From an uncultured delta proteobacterium (lineage in GTDB: Bacteria > Desulfobacterota > Desulfobacteria > Desulfobacterales > SG8-13), in the NCBI GenBank assembly GCA_963848135.1, contig CAWKCK010000018.1:820938-884937 (forward strand): DNA of 64,000 nt, written 5' to 3'. Under the pieces are notes generated by a model that did no database searches, had not been told where the DNA came from, and worked only from the letters and a program-made list of their open reading frames with translations. The translations under genes and the position numbers were made by a program. Shown here piece by piece: positions 61,538-64,000 of this stretch (positions are counted from its first letter, which is position 1; each line of letters begins with the position of its first letter).

Positions 61538-62128
61538 TTGAGCCCCCATGAATTACAATCAAAGAGGTTTAAAATGACCACGTATTCACGTTATCTTTCG
61601 ATATTTTGCAGTTCTCTTGCGTTTTTGCAATTTTTCGGTTGTACGGCCCCCACGCATCAGACCAAACAAGAGACTGTTCACCACATGGGGCATGAAGTTA
61701 TGACCTTTGATCCTTCTAAAACCATACATATTTTCCGAATGACCGATTTTGGCGGTGTGCAACGCGTTATTGTTAAAGACGCGGCGGCAATGGACCAACT
61801 GGCGCTGATTCAGCAACATCTTCAAAAAGAAGCGAAAGCATTTCAACACGGTGACTATTCAGATCCTGCCTCACTGCATGGAGTTGATATGCCGGGGTTA
61901 AAAGAGTTACAGGCTGGCGCTTTACATATAAAGGTTACCTACTCAGCTCTACCTAACGGCGCAAAAATCACCTTTGAAACATCTGACCTACAATTACTGA
62001 CTGCAATTCACAGATGGTTTGGAGCGCAGTTATCAGAGCATGGCGCAGACGCGATGTCCGAATAAAAACCGGCTCAACAAACTGCTTGAGAAACGACGCG
62101 AAAAAGCTGTGCGCGTCTCAACTCAACG
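61538..62128 (+). mobile_element. Integron-type gene cassette 1
   Basis: Starts at core site G/TTGAGCC (61537-61544), the exact reverse complement of GGCTCAAC (62071-62078) in its own downstream attC. Confidence 0.75.
61574..62065 (+). CDS. Putative lipoprotein of unknown function (cassette 1 cargo)
   Basis: RBS GAGG, lipobox-like FFGC, His/Met-containing motifs (HHMGHEVM, LHGVDMPG, AIHRWFGAQLSEHG). Confidence 0.75.
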   Translation: MTTYSRYLSIFCSSLAFLQFFGCTAPTHQTKQETVHHMGHEVMTFDPSKTIHIFRMTDFGGVQRVIVKDAAAMDQLALIQQHLQKEAKAFQHGDYSDPASLHGVDMPGLKELQAGALHIKVTYSALPNGAKITFETSDLQLLTAIHRWFGAQLSEHGADAMSE

Positions 62129-62134
62129 TTAACC
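62072..62134 (+). other. attC recombination site 1 (63 bp)
   Basis: R'' GCTCAAC (RYYYAAC), imperfect inner palindrome TTGAG..ACGCG/CGCGT-CTCAA, R' GTTAACC; begins 6 nt after the stop codon. Confidence 0.75.
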
Positions 62135-62773
62135 GGAAAAATATAATTTATCAACGTAGGGGCAGGTATAGCAAAGTTGGAAACCTTCACTGAACTAAAA
62201 GAATTAGTGGAAAATCCGCATTATCAGGAGCAAAGGCAGAAGAGTCTGGGTGATCTTGCCAATGATATGATTGATGTGCCAATAATTGACCTCATCAACG
62301 GGTTTAATAAATTGCCTTACTGTTTCACCCTGCAAAGTTGTTATGGACATTTTGTCTACAACGATCAGCAAGATTCTCATAACTTTGCCCCTTTGCCGAT
62401 CAAAGCTACCATTGCCAAAGTGGAGTATAGGATCGCCTACATTGCATTCTGTATGGAGAACAGTCTATCAGGAATAGAGCTCTTTGAAATTTTAAAACAA
62501 ATCCCTGCTATCGATCCGGAAAACATTCAATTCTGTTGTGCAGAGTGGTTCTGGAAAAGACAAGTCAATTCTTATGCGTTGCAAGTGGAACCAGACAGAT
62601 TTAAGCATCAAGACAAGGCAATACTTGATTATAAGGAAGCGTTGCATATTGAAAAAGTACGAAATGAATTCTTTCTCCGGCTATATGAATTGTTTGGCAA
62701 TGCAGGCGAAAAGTGAACTCGGCTAAAAATTTGCTGAACCTGAGCGCAGAAAGCCGCGCCAGGTGAGCATACG
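62129..62773 (+). mobile_element. Integron-type gene cassette 2
   Basis: Starts at G/TTAACCG; its reverse complement CGGTTAAC matches CGGCTAAA (62720-62727) at 6/8 positions; one promoterless ORF fills the unit. Confidence 0.7.
62177..62716 (+). CDS. Hypothetical protein (cassette 2 cargo)
   Basis: 179-aa ORF with TTG start filling the space between attC sites; FTLQSCYGH motif. Confidence 0.75.
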   Translation: METFTELKELVENPHYQEQRQKSLGDLANDMIDVPIIDLINGFNKLPYCFTLQSCYGHFVYNDQQDSHNFAPLPIKATIAKVEYRIAYIAFCMENSLSGIELFEILKQIPAIDPENIQFCCAEWFWKRQVNSYALQVEPDRFKHQDKAILDYKEALHIEKVRNEFFLRLYELFGNAGEK

Positions 62774-62779
62774 TTAGCG
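62721..62779 (+). other. attC recombination site 2 (degenerate R'')
   Basis: GGCTAAA (AAC to AAA), TGCT-GA-ACCTG-A-GCGC loop GCGC-CAGGT-G-AGCA with unpaired bases, R' GTTAGCG; begins 4 nt after the stop codon. Confidence 0.72.
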
Positions 62780-62996
62780 CGCTTTCAGCAACGTCTCACA
62801 CACCGCAGCCACTAAGGAAAGATGACCTCCCCAATAATATCTTTTTAGTCTCGATAGATCAGGATTTTATAGGCTGTAGGGGGGAACACAACATATAGCA
62901 TATGTGGCGTTGACATAGCGTGTAATACATGGCATCAGAAGAAAATTATTTAATTTAAAATAACATATTAATGATGATTCATCTTAATAAAATCTA

Positions 62997-63239
62997 TTGA
63001 GGACAGTGATTATGACGGAAATAAAAAATTTAACAAATTTCGACGGTATATTTGCGGTTTCTGACAAAGGCGCAGTGTACATGCGAATTGATTTCGGTGG
63101 GTTTTACGAATGGTATGAAAAATTAGATAATACATTTAAATTGTTGGAAGTCTCGGCTTCCAAAAAGTTAGAAGAGTCTATTGATAGTTTTAAATCATCA
63201 AAAAAGCATAAAGTTATATTCATTGATGATAAACGCTAA
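62997..63239 (+). CDS. Hypothetical protein (start probably ATG 63012)
   Basis: RBS GAGGA upstream of ATG; AT-rich ORF. Confidence 0.5.
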   Translation: MRTVIMTEIKNLTNFDGIFAVSDKGAVYMRIDFGGFYEWYEKLDNTFKLLEVSASKKLEESIDSFKSSKKHKVIFIDDKR

Positions 63240-63930
63240 TAATGTAAGTCTCATTCATTACCAAAAGCCAGAATTTGAATCATAAATACTAAAGATAGCC
63301 AATTTTTATCCATCGGAATTCACAGAAACTGAAAATCCATTTATTGGCAAGCTCGCACAAATTACAGCTTCCAACGAATCCGATTAATAAGAGGTGGTTA
63401 CCAACATTTAATTATCACAATGAAATCTGCCCATCATCCTTATAGGTATATCCCCTAAGTATGATGAAGAATACCTATGAAAATGTATGTTTCCCCTATT
63501 GAAAAAGCGCCAGAATACAAATATGCAAATGCTAATCAAAAAACAGGCTGACACAGAATATTGAACACTCCCAAAATTTGGGGATTTTTTACAGCACTTG
63601 TGCTTGGTCTCAGAACCGATATCTATGCTGTGTCGATTCATCTGTCGACCCTCTACTAAACCTTCTTACTTTTTATCCTGCTGCTAAGGCTTCTCTCCTT
63701 TTTCAACGTATTTACGAAAAATAAAACAATTCATTCTTAACCCGTCACTTTCATGGAAAAAGTCATGGCAAGGGGTTTTCAGAAGATGCCGATGTATAGG
63801 CCTCTGAGGGGCTTTTGTACCCTTCAGAGGCATCTCCAATCATGATCGACCATAATCATTTCAGAGCGCTATTTTCCCCCAAAGAAAGAATTGGAGAGAA
63901 CTGTGTAGATTTTTTTAAAGGAGGTCAACA

Positions 63931-64000
63931 ATGATAAAATCGGTAAAGATTGTGACAGTAATCGCGTTGATCATAGGGTTAGTTTGGACCTGGCCAACTA
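63931..64000 (+). CDS. Start of an exported or membrane protein, truncated by the window end
   Basis: Strong RBS AAGGAGGT; MIKSVKIVTVIALIIGLVWTWPT is signal-peptide-like. Confidence 0.7.
   Translation, partial: MIKSVKIVTVIALIIGLVWTWPT

Noticed and set aside
63408..63641. 77-aa minus-strand ORF
   Set aside because: No recognisable motif; could be a decayed fragment but cannot be supported from sequence alone.

Overview
Bacterial chromosome segment, most consistent with an anaerobic sulfate-reducing deltaproteobacterium (Desulfobacterales-like; inferred from gene content). 1-6.5 kb: an hdrA-mvhD-hdrD-like-metV-metF operon in which the first three genes each carry an in-frame TGA at a Cys position followed by a SECIS-like hairpin. 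A formate dehydrogenase alpha subunit (12.6-15.4 kb) has a fourth such TGA, so the window likely encodes four selenoproteins that the ORF track splits. The middle holds signalling genes, thrS, RNase D, citrate synthase, a glutaredoxin/ferredoxin:thioredoxin reductase operon divergent from a stand-alone cooS, sfsA, mobB, an ABC exporter, a frameshifted Fe-S nitroreductase and a ~195-bp MITE. 42.6-50.5 kb is an arginine/ornithine catabolic neighbourhood: amidinotransferase-fold enzyme, probable arginine synthetase ArcE plus carbamate kinase, AgrE/TIGR00300-type ornithine cyclodeaminase and threonine dehydratase. From ~52 kb the DNA is a visibly AT-richer patchwork with a sigma54-driven PEP-CTERM-type protein, a decayed tyrosine recombinase and, divergent from it, two integron-type gene cassettes with attC sites and matching core-site boundaries. 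No rRNA, tRNA or CRISPR array was recognised. All family assignments are from motif recognition; no searches were run.
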